A DNA stretch of 64,000 bases, taken from assembly GCA_051747025.1 (NCBI GenBank), contig JBNJFQ010000012.1:1529-65528 (forward strand), written 5' to 3'. The notes beneath the pieces were generated by a model. It was not told the DNA's origin and searched no databases. It worked only from the letters and a program-made list of their open reading frames with translations. The position numbers were made by a program, and so were the translations under genes. This DNA comes from Pseudomonadota bacterium. GTDB taxonomy: Bacteria; Pseudomonadota; Gammaproteobacteria; Ectothiorhodospirales; Ectothiorhodospiraceae. Below, piece by piece: positions 40,868 to 50,597 of this stretch (position 1 is its first letter; each line of letters begins with the position of its first letter).

Positions 40868-41656
40868 ATGGCTGTCAAGCCCCTCCTGTGTGCGATTCTC
40901 GCGGCCCTGATTCTGTTCGGGCTGGGCGGCTGTGCCACCGTCCCCAGCGAGGATCGGGACCCGGCCGACCCCTGGGAGGCCTACAACCGTGCGGTGTTCC
41001 AGTTCAATGACGATTTCGACCGGGCCCTGTTGCGCCCGGCAGCGGTGCAGTATCAGCGGTTGCCCAGGCCGGTGCAGACCGGGGTCGGAAATTTCTTCTC
41101 CAATCTGAACGATGTGGTCGTACTGTCCAACAACCTGTTGCAGGGGAATCTCGAGAATGCCGCCTCCGATACCGGCCGACTGATCTTCAATACAAGTTTT
41201 GGCCTGCTGGGGTTGATCGATGTCGCCTCGCCGATGGGGCTGGACAAGAACAACGAGGATTTCGGCCAGACCCTGGGCGTCTGGGGGGTGCCGTCCGGTC
41301 CCTACCTGCAACTGCCGTTCCTGGGCCCCAGTACCGCGCGCGATGCACCCGCCAGGCTGGTCGATGCGCGGGTCAATCCGCTCGGCCATTCCACGCTGCG
41401 CGATGACCGCACGCCGCTGTGGGCCGGGCTGGTCGCACTGGAGGTGGTTGACATGCGTGCCGGTCTGATCTCCACCGAGCGCATGCTGGAGCAGCTGTCC
41501 GACGACCGCTATATCGCGATGCGCGAGGGCTACCTGCAACGCCGCGCATTTCTGGTACACGGCGGCACCCCCGATGCGGAGGTCGATGCGATGCTGGACG
41601 AACTCGAGGCACTGGATGATCTGGACGCGCTGGAAGAAGAGGAGCCCGGGGATTGA
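40868..41656 (+). CDS. mlaA: Phospholipid-trafficking lipoprotein MlaA (VacJ)
   Basis: Lipobox LGGC. DPWEAYNRAVFQFND, NFFSNLND, NTSFGLLGLIDVA and GPYLQLPFLGPST. Confidence 0.88.
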   Translation: MAVKPLLCAILAALILFGLGGCATVPSEDRDPADPWEAYNRAVFQFNDDFDRALLRPAAVQYQRLPRPVQTGVGNFFSNLNDVVVLSNNLLQGNLENAASDTGRLIFNTSFGLLGLIDVASPMGLDKNNEDFGQTLGVWGVPSGPYLQLPFLGPSTARDAPARLVDARVNPLGHSTLRDDRTPLWAGLVALEVVDMRAGLISTERMLEQLSDDRYIAMREGYLQRRAFLVHGGTPDAEVDAMLDELEALDDLDALEEEEPGD

Positions 41657-41670
41657 ACAGTATTCCCGTC

Positions 41671-42171
41671 ATGCTCGGCATTCTCGCGCTGCGGCGCGGT
41701 CCCCAGGACCTGCCGGCCGATCCAGCGACCCTGGTGTTCTGGGTCGGTGTCGCCCTGGTGGCCGGAATGGCTATCGGGATCCCGATCTACGGCGTCGGAC
41801 CGGCGCTGACTCTGAACCTGGTGGACCTGGCCGTGCTGTTCGTATTCGTGCGCACGGTGCTCGCGATCCGCGGGCTGTCCGGACGCTGGGTCCAGACCTA
41901 TGCCGCGATGATGGGGGTCGGGGCCATCCTCGGGGTCGCCATGGCCCTCCTGATGCAGCTCGGGGGTGCCCGGCCGGCGGACCCGGAGTCGGTACCGATG
42001 GCGGTGATGCTGGGGTCGCTGATCCTGCTGGTATGGTTGCTGACCAGCTTCGGCTACATCCTGCAGCAGGCGATGGGGTTTGCCACGCGCCTGCCCGGCG
42101 TCCTGCTGGGGCTCGGGTTCGTGGTGCTGTCCAGCATGATGACCCAGTTCGCGATCCAGGTGCTGCAATGA
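41671..42171 (+). CDS. Hypothetical inner-membrane protein (4-5 predicted TM helices)
   Basis: Hydrophobic throughout. N-terminal LRRGPQDLPA motif. The start is either ATG 41671 or TTG 41653 (TTGA overlap with mlaA). The stop overlaps the mpl start (ATGA). Confidence 0.6.
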   Translation: MLGILALRRGPQDLPADPATLVFWVGVALVAGMAIGIPIYGVGPALTLNLVDLAVLFVFVRTVLAIRGLSGRWVQTYAAMMGVGAILGVAMALLMQLGGARPADPESVPMAVMLGSLILLVWLLTSFGYILQQAMGFATRLPGVLLGLGFVVLSSMMTQFAIQVLQ

Positions 42172-43553
42172 GCGCCGATTCACTGCACGTGCTTGGGATT
42201 GGCGGCACCTTCATGGGCGGGCTGGCCCAGTTGGCGCGCGCCCGGGGCTACACCGTCACCGGCTCCGACCGGAAGCTGTACCCGCCGATGAGCGAGCAAC
42301 TGGAGCAGGCCGGTATTGTCTGGCACGAGGGCCATGATCCGGCGAGCCTGCCCGAGCACGGTCCGGTGGTGGTGGGCAATGTCATGACCCGCGGCATGCC
42401 GGTCATCGAGGCGTTGCTGGATCGCGCTCTGGACTATACGTCGGGGCCGCAGTGGCTGGCCGAGCACATCCTGCGCGATCGCTGGGTGCTGGCAGTGGCC
42501 GGTACCCACGGCAAGACCACGACTGCCAGCCTGCTGGCCTGGATTCTCGAATACGCCGGGATGAGCCCCGGTTTCCTGATCGGCGGGGTCCCCGGCAATT
42601 TCGGGGTCAGCGCGCGTTCGGGCGAGGCCCCGTTTTTCGTGATCGAGGCCGACGAGTACGACAGCGCGTTCTTCGACAAGCGCGCCAAGTTCGTGCACTA
42701 CCGTCCGCGCACCCTGGTGTTGAACAACCTGGAATACGATCACGCGGATATCTACCCTGACCTGGCCGCGATCGAGCGCCAGTTCCATCACCTGGTGCGT
42801 ACAGTCCCGCGCCAGGGGCGCATCCTGCTGCCGGTCGGCGACGCAGCGCTGGAGCGGGTGCTGGCCATGGGCTGCTGGACCCCGGTCGAGTATCTCGCCG
42901 CCGGCGACCGGATCGGCGATGCCGCATCGCTGGCGGCCCACGTCCTGAATGCGGATGCCTCGGCTTTCGAGGTGCTGGCGGACGGCGAGGTGCAGGGGCA
43001 GGTCGAGTGGGGCATGACCGGGCGGCATAACCTCGCCAATGCCCTGGCGGCACTGGGCGCCGCCCGGCATGCCGGCGTGCCGCTCGCGATCGGTTTGGCG
43101 GCTCTGCCCGGGTTCCGTGGTGTGCGCCGTCGGCAGGAACTGCGTGCCGAGGTCCGGGGCGTGCGGGTGATCGACGACTTTGCCCATCATCCAACCGCCA
43201 TCCGCCTGACCCTCGAGGGGTTGCGGGGTCGGGTGGCGCCGGGCGGGCGCCTGGTCGCAGTCCTCGAGCCACGTTCCAATACCATGCGCATGGGCGTGCA
43301 CGCCGAGGCCTTGGGCGCCGCGCTGGAGCAAGCGGATCGTGTGCACCTGTACCATGCCCCGGAGATAGACTGGTCCACCGAAGACCTGCGGCAGCGCCTT
43401 GGCGAGCGGCTGCAGGTGGAACGCACGATGCATGACTTGCTGCAGGGGATTCTGGCCCGGGCGTGCCCGGGCGATACGCTGGTGATCATGAGCAATGGCG
43501 GGTTTGACGGCCTGCACCAGCGGCTGATCGAGGGACTGGAGGCGGCCGCGTGA
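42168..43553 (+). CDS. mpl: UDP-N-acetylmuramate:L-Ala-gamma-D-Glu-meso-DAP ligase (murein peptide ligase)
   Basis: HVLGIGGTFMGGLA, GTHGKTTT and EADEYDSAFFDKR. Confidence 0.9.
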   Translation: MSADSLHVLGIGGTFMGGLAQLARARGYTVTGSDRKLYPPMSEQLEQAGIVWHEGHDPASLPEHGPVVVGNVMTRGMPVIEALLDRALDYTSGPQWLAEHILRDRWVLAVAGTHGKTTTASLLAWILEYAGMSPGFLIGGVPGNFGVSARSGEAPFFVIEADEYDSAFFDKRAKFVHYRPRTLVLNNLEYDHADIYPDLAAIERQFHHLVRTVPRQGRILLPVGDAALERVLAMGCWTPVEYLAAGDRIGDAASLAAHVLNADASAFEVLADGEVQGQVEWGMTGRHNLANALAALGAARHAGVPLAIGLAALPGFRGVRRRQELRAEVRGVRVIDDFAHHPTAIRLTLEGLRGRVAPGGRLVAVLEPRSNTMRMGVHAEALGAALEQADRVHLYHAPEIDWSTEDLRQRLGERLQVERTMHDLLQGILARACPGDTLVIMSNGGFDGLHQRLIEGLEAAA

Positions 43554-44194
43554 GTGCCTCGGCCCCGGCACGCTCGATCGCCCTGGCCCTGACCGGTGCC
43601 TCCGGGGCCCCCTACGGCCTGCGCCTGCTGCAGTGTCTCGTCGAATCCGGAGTGCAGGTCCACCTGATGCTGTCGAAGCCGGGTCAGGTGGTGCTGGGCC
43701 TGGAGACGGACCTCGAGGTTCCGGGGCGTCCGGCCGAGATCTCGCGTTTCTTTGCGGAGCGGTATGGCGCGGCCGAGGGGCAGATCCGTTGTTATGGTCC
43801 GGAGCAGTGGACCGCGCCGGTGGCCAGCGGCTCGGCAGTCCCCGACGCGATGGTGGTGTGTCCGTGCACCACGGCGACCGTGTCTGCGGTGGCCACCGGG
43901 GCCTCGCGCGGACTGATCGAGCGCGCTGCCGACGTGGTGCTGAAGGAACGCCGCAAGCTGTTGCTGGTGGTGCGCGAGACGCCGTTTTCCGAGATTCACC
44001 TGGAGAATATGCTGCGCCTGGCGCGCATGGGTGCGGTGATCCTGCCGGCCAGTCCGGCCTTTTATCACCACCCGGAGTCGGTCGCGGATCTGGTCGATTT
44101 CATGGTCGCGCGGGTACTGGATCACCTGGCGATTTCACACACTCTGGTGGTGCGCTGGGGCGAGGAGCCGCCGGTGGTCGGGGGGGAGTTGTGA
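43550..44194 (+). CDS. ubiX: Flavin prenyltransferase UbiX
   Basis: LALTGASGAPYGLRLL, VVCPCTTATVSAVA and RERRKLLLVVRETP-like (KERRKLLLVVRETP). Confidence 0.9.
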   Translation: MSASAPARSIALALTGASGAPYGLRLLQCLVESGVQVHLMLSKPGQVVLGLETDLEVPGRPAEISRFFAERYGAAEGQIRCYGPEQWTAPVASGSAVPDAMVVCPCTTATVSAVATGASRGLIERAADVVLKERRKLLLVVRETPFSEIHLENMLRLARMGAVILPASPAFYHHPESVADLVDFMVARVLDHLAISHTLVVRWGEEPPVVGGEL

Positions 44195-44793
44195 CGAGTC
44201 TGCCGTTGTTCCCGCTGAATACCGTGCTGTTCCCCGGTGGACTGCTGCCGCTGCGGATCTTCGAGACCCGCTATCTGGACATGGTACGGCGCTGTCTGCG
44301 CGAGGACGGGCGATTCGTGATCGTGGCCATCGAGCCCGATCCCGAAACGGATGAGCCGCACGCGGAGACCGACCCGAGCGCGGGTTTTTACCGAGTCGGG
44401 ACCGAGGCCATGATTGTGGACTGGGATCAGCGTCCGGACGGGCTGCTCGGGATCCTGGTGCAGGGCGAGCGTCGCTGCAGCATTCAGTCTGCGGAACGCG
44501 CCGCATCCGGGCTCTGGGCAGGCGAGGTGGTTCCACTGGAGGAGTGGCCGGCGGTGAGCCTGCCGGTGGACTACACCTCGCTGGCGGAACTGCTGGAACG
44601 CCTGCTGGATCAGCTGGGTACGCCCTGGTCGCACCTGGAGCGCCGGATCGACGATTCTGCCTGGGTCGCGGCGCGGCTGACCGAATTGCTGCCGATCGAC
44701 CTCGACGTGAAGCAGCAGCTGCTGGAGACCGACGACCCGATCGAACGGCTGGAGCGCCTGCGGGCGGCCATGCTCGCGGCGCCGACATCCTGA
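44191..44793 (+). CDS. LON N-terminal (substrate-binding) domain protein
   Basis: GTG start overlapping the ubiX stop. LPLFPLNTVLFPGGLLPLRIFETRYLDMV is the LON_N / PUA-like signature. Confidence 0.8.
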   Translation: MTSLPLFPLNTVLFPGGLLPLRIFETRYLDMVRRCLREDGRFVIVAIEPDPETDEPHAETDPSAGFYRVGTEAMIVDWDQRPDGLLGILVQGERRCSIQSAERAASGLWAGEVVPLEEWPAVSLPVDYTSLAELLERLLDQLGTPWSHLERRIDDSAWVAARLTELLPIDLDVKQQLLETDDPIERLERLRAAMLAAPTS

Positions 44794-44849
44794 CAACGCG
44801 GGGCGGGACTGGTAAGGTCCGGGGTCAAATTTCGTTATCGGAGCCGAGC

Positions 44850-45233
44850 ATGGCCGTTCAGGAACTGACCCAGGACACTTTCGAATCCACCATCAAGGAC
44901 AACGGCATTGTCATCATGGACTTCTGGGCACCGTGGTGTGGCCCGTGCCAGCAGTTTGCCCCGACCTTCGAGGAGGCCTCGGAGAAGCACCCGGATGTGG
45001 TGTTCGCCAAGGTGAATACCGACGAGGAACAGAACATCGCCGCAGCGTTCCAGATCCGTTCGATCCCGACCCTGATGATCTTCCGCGACCAGATCATCGT
45101 TTTCTCGCAGCCGGGTGTACTCTCCCCGGGACAGCTCGACGAGGTACTGGGCAAGGTCAAGGAACTGGACATGGACGAGGTGCGTGCCGACATCGCGCGT
45201 CAGCAGCAGGAACAGCAGGCCGGAGGCGCGTAG
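44850..45233 (+). CDS. Thioredoxin (with C-terminal extension)
   Basis: WAPWCGPCQQFAP active site and IRSIPTLMIF. 127 aa. Confidence 0.9.
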   Translation: MAVQELTQDTFESTIKDNGIVIMDFWAPWCGPCQQFAPTFEEASEKHPDVVFAKVNTDEEQNIAAAFQIRSIPTLMIFRDQIIVFSQPGVLSPGQLDEVLGKVKELDMDEVRADIARQQQEQQAGGA

Positions 45234-45280
45234 GCCAGCGCCGCCGACTGTTCCCCGCAGTTCGAAACCGCGGGAGTGAA

Positions 45281-45313
45281 CCCGGCCGGGCACGTCGCCC
45301 CGCCGGGTTTTTT
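45281..45313 (+). terminator. Rho-independent terminator downstream of thioredoxin
   Basis: CCCGGCCGGG-cacgtcg-CCCCGCCGGG (9 of 10 bp paired) followed by TTTTTT at 45308-45313. Confidence 0.75.
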
Positions 45314-45426
45314 CGTGTGGACCCGGTAGCGGGATCGTAGAATGGCCGCAGCCACCCGGAACCGCGCCACCGCGTGCGAAAGGACCCCGCCACCATGCCC
45401 CTGCCTTGCGAGGATGCCCACCCGAG

Positions 45427-46368
45427 ATGTTGACGGTGATGACCCAGATGGGCGCGCTGATCGTCGCCGGCGTGGTCTGGCGCACCCTGCAGCCCGGCGG
45501 CCTGGACGCAGATACCGCACGCCGTGTCCTGACAACCCTGGTCTACTACCTGTTGTTGCCGGCACTGGTCCTGCAGGTGCTGTGGACCGCGCCACTGGGT
45601 CTCGACTCCCTGCGCATCGCCCTGGTGGCCGGTCTCACGGTCCTGGCGATGGTTGCGGTTACATTGCTGGCCTGTCGGGTCTGTATGGCGGAGCGCGCGG
45701 CGATCGGCGCGATGCTGCTGGCAGCAGCCTGGCCCAATGCCACCTATCTGGGCCTGCCCGTGCTCGACAGCCTGTTCGGCGAGGCCGGGCGTGCGGTGGC
45801 GATCCAGTACGACCTGTTCGCCTGCCTCCCGCTGGTGTTGACCCTGGGTGTGTTGCTGGCGCGCCACTACGGCGACCCCGAGGCGGTGCGCCTGTACGGG
45901 GGCGGGAGCCCGCTGCGCGGGCTGGCGGCGGTGCCCTCGATCTGGGCGGCGGTGGCTGGTGTCGCCCTGAACCTTGCCGGGGTCCCGTTGCTCGACTGGC
46001 TGGACGTCTTTCTCGGCTTCCTGGCCGACAGTGTCGCCCCGCTGATGCTGTTCTCGCTGGGGCTGGCGCTGGTGTTCAACCGCTTGCGCGGGCGCGATGC
46101 CCGGCCGCTGGCGGTGGTGGCCGGGGTTCAGCTGATTCTGGCCCCGGTCGTCGCGCTGGGACTGGTGCTGTGGACCGGTCTGGAGGGTGTGTCGGGTGTC
46201 GGGTCGGTGCTGGAGGCGGCGATGCCGGCGATGGTTCTGGGGCTGGTGTTCTGTGATCGCTTTCGGCTCGATACCGGGCTGTACGCGGCGGCGGTCACGC
46301 TGACGACTGCGCTCTCGCTGATTACCCTGCCGCTGTGGTTCGCCCTCGCCACCCGCCTCATCGCCTGA
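45427..46368 (+). CDS. AEC (auxin efflux carrier) family transporter
   Basis: About 10 hydrophobic segments. The LVYYLLLPALV and LPLWFAL pattern is typical of the AEC family. The start is set at ATG 45427. Confidence 0.75.
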   Translation: MLTVMTQMGALIVAGVVWRTLQPGGLDADTARRVLTTLVYYLLLPALVLQVLWTAPLGLDSLRIALVAGLTVLAMVAVTLLACRVCMAERAAIGAMLLAAAWPNATYLGLPVLDSLFGEAGRAVAIQYDLFACLPLVLTLGVLLARHYGDPEAVRLYGGGSPLRGLAAVPSIWAAVAGVALNLAGVPLLDWLDVFLGFLADSVAPLMLFSLGLALVFNRLRGRDARPLAVVAGVQLILAPVVALGLVLWTGLEGVSGVGSVLEAAMPAMVLGLVFCDRFRLDTGLYAAAVTLTTALSLITLPLWFALATRLIA

Positions 46369-46566
46369 TCGGAAGTGGCTGGGCCTGGGGCCGGCCTCGG
46401 TGTTTACGTGCCCCCGGCCTGGCCATGACCGGGCAAGACGCCGGCCCAAAGCCACCCCAAACGTGGAGCCGAGTCCAGGCCCAGCCATCACCGGGGGAAG
46501 CGCGCCGGGCGTAAGCCACCGTGTGCACGGACCCCGGTCGCGGGGGGCGCGCAGCAGGCGCCGGAG

Positions 46567-47385
46567 TCAGTCGCCGAGTTCCCGACTGCGGTCCGCGGCG
46601 GCCTGCATGGCCCGGCGCATCAGGCCGCGCAGGTCGCCGTCCTCCAGCACCTGGAGGGCACGTTCGGTGGTGCCGCCCGGGGAGGTGACGCGCCGGCGCA
46701 GTTCGGCCGCGTCTTCCTGGCTTTCGGCGGCCAGACGGGTGGCGCCGGCCAGCGTACCCAGGGTCAGTTCGAGTGCGGTCTCCGACGGCAGGCCGAGCGA
46801 GCGGGCTGCCTCTTCCATGGCTTCGATCATCAGGAAGACATACGCCGGGCCGCTGCCCGAGGTGGCAGTGACCGCGTGCATCTGTTCCTCGTCGGTGACC
46901 CAGATGGCGCGTCCGACGGCCTCCAGCAGGCGAGTGGCGGTGGCGTGGTCCTCGGGGGTCGCGGTGGGGGCGGCGTACAGCCCCGAGACCCCCGCGCCGA
47001 CCAGCGCCGGGGTGTTCGGCATCGCGCGGATCAGCCGGGTCGGTGCGCCGAGCCAGTCGGCCAGCTGACGGGTGGTGATGCCGGCGGCTACCGACAGCAC
47101 CAGTGGTGCCCCCATTGTGACCGCATCGCGCAGGTCGGGCGCGAGTGCAGGCAGGGTCTGCGGCTTGACTGCGAGGACCAGGGTGGCGCTGGACCCGGCG
47201 AGGTCCTCGGCGCGGCCGGTGGCCAGGCCCGGATAACGTGTCTGCAGCGCCTCGACCTGTTCGGGGCGCGCGTCCGCGATGGCGATGCGGTCGATGGTAT
47301 GCCCGGCCTGGGTCAGGCCGCGGATCAGTGCCTCGCCCATGTTGCCGGCGCCGACAAAGGCGATGTCATAGCGATGTTCGGTCAT
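46567..47385 (-). CDS. proC: Pyrroline-5-carboxylate reductase
   Basis: IAFVGAGNMGEALIRGL, MPNTPALVGAG and SPGGTTERAL. The start is set at 47385. Confidence 0.93.
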   Translation of the reverse strand: MTEHRYDIAFVGAGNMGEALIRGLTQAGHTIDRIAIADARPEQVEALQTRYPGLATGRAEDLAGSSATLVLAVKPQTLPALAPDLRDAVTMGAPLVLSVAAGITTRQLADWLGAPTRLIRAMPNTPALVGAGVSGLYAAPTATPEDHATATRLLEAVGRAIWVTDEEQMHAVTATSGSGPAYVFLMIEAMEEAARSLGLPSETALELTLGTLAGATRLAAESQEDAAELRRRVTSPGGTTERALQVLEDGDLRGLMRRAMQAAADRSRELGD

Positions 47386-48098
47386 GCGGACTCCTCGGGT
47401 TTTTGCTGACGCGGCCCGAACAGGGCGGTACCGACGCGCACCAGTGTGGCGCCTTCGAGGATTGCGGCCTCGAGATCTCCGGACATGCCCATGGACAGTG
47501 TGTCCAGGGCGAGGCCCCGGCGGTTCAGCGCCTGTCGCAGTTCGCGCAGCCTGGCAAATGGTGCGCGCTGGCGTTCGGGGTCGGTTTCGGGGGGTGGCAG
47601 GGTCATCAGGCCGCGCAATTCGAGCCCGGGCAGTGTGGCGACCGCTGCGGCGAGTTCGAACACGTCGTGCGGGTCGACCCCGGCTTTTTGCGCCTCGCCG
47701 GCGATGTTGACCTGCAGGCAGACCTGCAGCGGCGGCATGTGCGACGGACGTTGTTGAGCCAGGCGGCGCGCGATGCGTTCGCGGTCGACGGTATGCACCC
47801 AGGCAGCGCGCTCGGCGACCGCGCGGGTCTTGTTGCCCTGCAGGGCGCCGATGAAGTGCCACTCAATGCCGAGCGGGTCCGGAGAGGCTTCCAGGAGCGC
47901 GTATTTGTCGACGAATTCCTGAACGTAATTTTCGCCGAAGGCGGTCTGCCCGCATGCCTGCAGGGCACGGATCTCGTGGTCGGAGCGGGTCTTGCTGACC
48001 GCCAGCAGGCGCACCGACATCGGGTCGCGGCCGGCGTTCTCGCAGGCGATCCGGATGCGTTGCCGGACTTGGTTCAGGGCGCTGTCTGGCATGCTCAT
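47382..48098 (-). CDS. yggS: YggS-family pyridoxal-phosphate homeostasis protein
   Basis: LLAVSKTRS, FGENYVQE, WHFIGALQGNK and LSMGMSGDLEAAI. Confidence 0.92.
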   Translation of the reverse strand: MSMPDSALNQVRQRIRIACENAGRDPMSVRLLAVSKTRSDHEIRALQACGQTAFGENYVQEFVDKYALLEASPDPLGIEWHFIGALQGNKTRAVAERAAWVHTVDRERIARRLAQQRPSHMPPLQVCLQVNIAGEAQKAGVDPHDVFELAAAVATLPGLELRGLMTLPPPETDPERQRAPFARLRELRQALNRRGLALDTLSMGMSGDLEAAILEGATLVRVGTALFGPRQQKPEESA

Positions 48099-48250
48099 TT
48101 CCCTATGATATAGTCCGGGAAGACCCAGGGGCACCGGGGCCTGTTTTCGGCAAGGATGCCGGCCTCGGCCCGTACCAGTTCAACGGGGTGCCTGCGGGCA
48201 CCAGCGGGCCAGGGACCGGAGGGTTGTGTCTCGCGCAACAGGGGGGATTC

Positions 48251-49285
48251 ATGGACATCACGCAGTTGCTGTCGTTCTCGGTCAAGAACGGGGCCTCGGA
48301 CCTGCACATCTCCGCAGGCATGCCGCCGATGGTACGCATCGATGGCGACATGCGCCGGGTGAACGTGCCGGTCATGGACCACAAGGAGGTCCAGGGCCTG
48401 ATCTACGACATCATGAACGACCGTCAGCGCAAGGACTACGAGGAGTTCCTGGAGACCGACTTCTCGTTCGAGGTCAAGGGCCTGGCGCGCTTCCGCGTGA
48501 ATGCTTTCAACCAGGACCGGGGTGCAGCGGCCGTATTCCGTACCATCCCGTCCAAGGTGCTGACCCTGGAAGAACTGGCGGCCCCGCGAGCCTTTGAGGA
48601 GATCGCGGATTATCCGCGCGGCATTGTCCTGGTCACCGGGCCGACCGGTTCCGGCAAGTCCACCACCCTGGCGGCGATGGTCAACCACCGCAACGAGAGC
48701 GACTACGGGCATATCCTGACCATCGAGGATCCGATCGAGTTCGTCCACGAGTCCAAGAAATCACTGATCAACCAGCGCGAGGTGCACCGTGACACCCACG
48801 GTTTCAGCGAGGCGCTGCGCTCGGCGCTGCGCGAAGACCCGGACACCATCCTGGTTGGCGAGTTGCGCGACCTCGAGACGATCCGTCTGGCGCTGACCGC
48901 GGCCGAGACCGGCCACCTGGTGTTCGGCACCCTGCATACCAGTTCTGCCGCCAAGACCATCGACCGCATCATCGACGTGTTCCCGGCGGCCGAGAAAGAC
49001 ATGGTACGCGCGATGCTGTCCGAGTCGCTGCGCGCGGTGATCGCGCAGACCCTGCTGAAGAAAATTGGCGGGGGCCGGGTTGCGGCGCACGAGATCATGC
49101 TGGGTACCCCGGCGATCCGCAATCTGATCCGCGAGAACAAGGTCGCGCAGATGTACTCCACCATCCAAACCAGTGCCGGCAGCGGCATGCAGACGCTCGA
49201 CCAGTGTCTGAAGGACATGCTGGCGCAGGGGCTGATCAGTCGCGAAGATGCCCGGCGCAAGGCCACCAATCCGGATGCCCTGTGA
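48251..49285 (+). CDS. pilT: Type IV pilus retraction ATPase PilT
   Basis: Walker A GPTGSGKST and the PilT-specific AIRNLIRE motif (GTPAIRNLIRENK). 344 aa. Confidence 0.95.
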   Translation: MDITQLLSFSVKNGASDLHISAGMPPMVRIDGDMRRVNVPVMDHKEVQGLIYDIMNDRQRKDYEEFLETDFSFEVKGLARFRVNAFNQDRGAAAVFRTIPSKVLTLEELAAPRAFEEIADYPRGIVLVTGPTGSGKSTTLAAMVNHRNESDYGHILTIEDPIEFVHESKKSLINQREVHRDTHGFSEALRSALREDPDTILVGELRDLETIRLALTAAETGHLVFGTLHTSSAAKTIDRIIDVFPAAEKDMVRAMLSESLRAVIAQTLLKKIGGGRVAAHEIMLGTPAIRNLIRENKVAQMYSTIQTSAGSGMQTLDQCLKDMLAQGLISREDARRKATNPDAL

Positions 49286-49390
49286 GCTGCGTCCTGCTTG
49301 CCGGTGACCTGACTTGCGCGGTTGTGCCAGCGGCCATTACGAGGGCCTGCCCGCGCGCGGCGTGGGCCATCCGACCACGGAGGATGACGA

Positions 49391-50563
49391 ATGGATCGTG
49401 ACAAGGCGATCAAGTACATGCACGACCTGTTGCGTGCCCTGGTGGAGCGTGACGGATCGGACCTGTTTATTACCGTCGGGATGCCGCCGGCGGCCAAGAT
49501 CGACGGCCGCGTGGTGCCGATGACCGAGCAGAAGCTGAGCGCGTCGCATACCCAGGCGCTGGTGCGTGCGATGATGAACGACAAGCAGTCGGCGGAATAC
49601 GAGCGCCACCAGGAATGCAATTTTGCGATCGGCCTGCCGGGGATCTCGCGGTTTCGCGTGAACGCCTTCACCCAGCGCGGCAGTGCCGGCATGGTGCTGC
49701 GCGTGATCAATTCGGTGATCCCGAAGTTCGAGGACATCGATATGCCTCCGCAGCTCGAGAAGATCACCATGGAGCGGCGCGGGCTGGTGATCTTTGTTGG
49801 CGGCACGGGCTCGGGCAAGTCGACTTCCCTGGCGGCGATGATCGGTTACCGCAACCGCAATGCGCCCGATCATATCGTCACCATCGAGGACCCGATCGAG
49901 TTCGTGCACGAGCACGAAAAAAGCATCGTGACCCAGCGCGAGGTCGGGGTGGATACCGAGGGGTACGAGATCGCGCTGAAGAATACCCTGCGCCAGGCCC
50001 CCGACGTGATCCTGATCGGCGAGATCCGCGACCGCGAGACGATGGATTATGCGATCGCGTTCGCCGAAACCGGGCACCTGTGTCTCTCGACCCTGCACGC
50101 CAACAGTACCAACCAGGCCCTGGACCGGATCATCAACTTCTTCCCCGAGGATCGGCGCGAGCAGTTGCTGATGGACCTTTCGCTGAACCTGAAGGCGGTG
50201 ATTTCGCAGCGTCTGGTGCGCAAGGAGGGCGAGGACGGCCGGGTGCCGGCGGTGGAGGTCCTGATCAACACCCCGCTGATGTCGGACCTGATGCTGAAAG
50301 GTGCGGTGCACGACATGAAGGAATTGATGGCACGCTCGCGCGAGCAGGGCATGCAGACCTTCGACCAGGCCCTGTTCGATCTCTACGAGAGCCACAAGAT
50401 CAGTTACGAGGAGGCCCTGCGTAACGCTGATTCGGTCAACGACCTGCGCCTGCGTATTAAGCTCGACTCCAAGCGCGCCAAGAAGGAGGGCGGGGCCGCC
50501 CTGGACCAGGACACCAGCGATCTGGCGGTCGACGAGCGCGCCGAAGACTTCAACCTGCGCTAG
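49391..50563 (+). CDS. pilU: Type IV pilus ATPase PilU
   Basis: PilT-family fold with Walker A GGTGSGKST. It lacks AIRNLIRE, has the PilU-type C-terminal extension, and sits immediately after pilT. Confidence 0.88.
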   Translation: MDRDKAIKYMHDLLRALVERDGSDLFITVGMPPAAKIDGRVVPMTEQKLSASHTQALVRAMMNDKQSAEYERHQECNFAIGLPGISRFRVNAFTQRGSAGMVLRVINSVIPKFEDIDMPPQLEKITMERRGLVIFVGGTGSGKSTSLAAMIGYRNRNAPDHIVTIEDPIEFVHEHEKSIVTQREVGVDTEGYEIALKNTLRQAPDVILIGEIRDRETMDYAIAFAETGHLCLSTLHANSTNQALDRIINFFPEDRREQLLMDLSLNLKAVISQRLVRKEGEDGRVPAVEVLINTPLMSDLMLKGAVHDMKELMARSREQGMQTFDQALFDLYESHKISYEEALRNADSVNDLRLRIKLDSKRAKKEGGAALDQDTSDLAVDERAEDFNLR

Positions 50564-50597
50564 GTCCGCCAGGGTATCGGGTCATGGAAGGAGACAC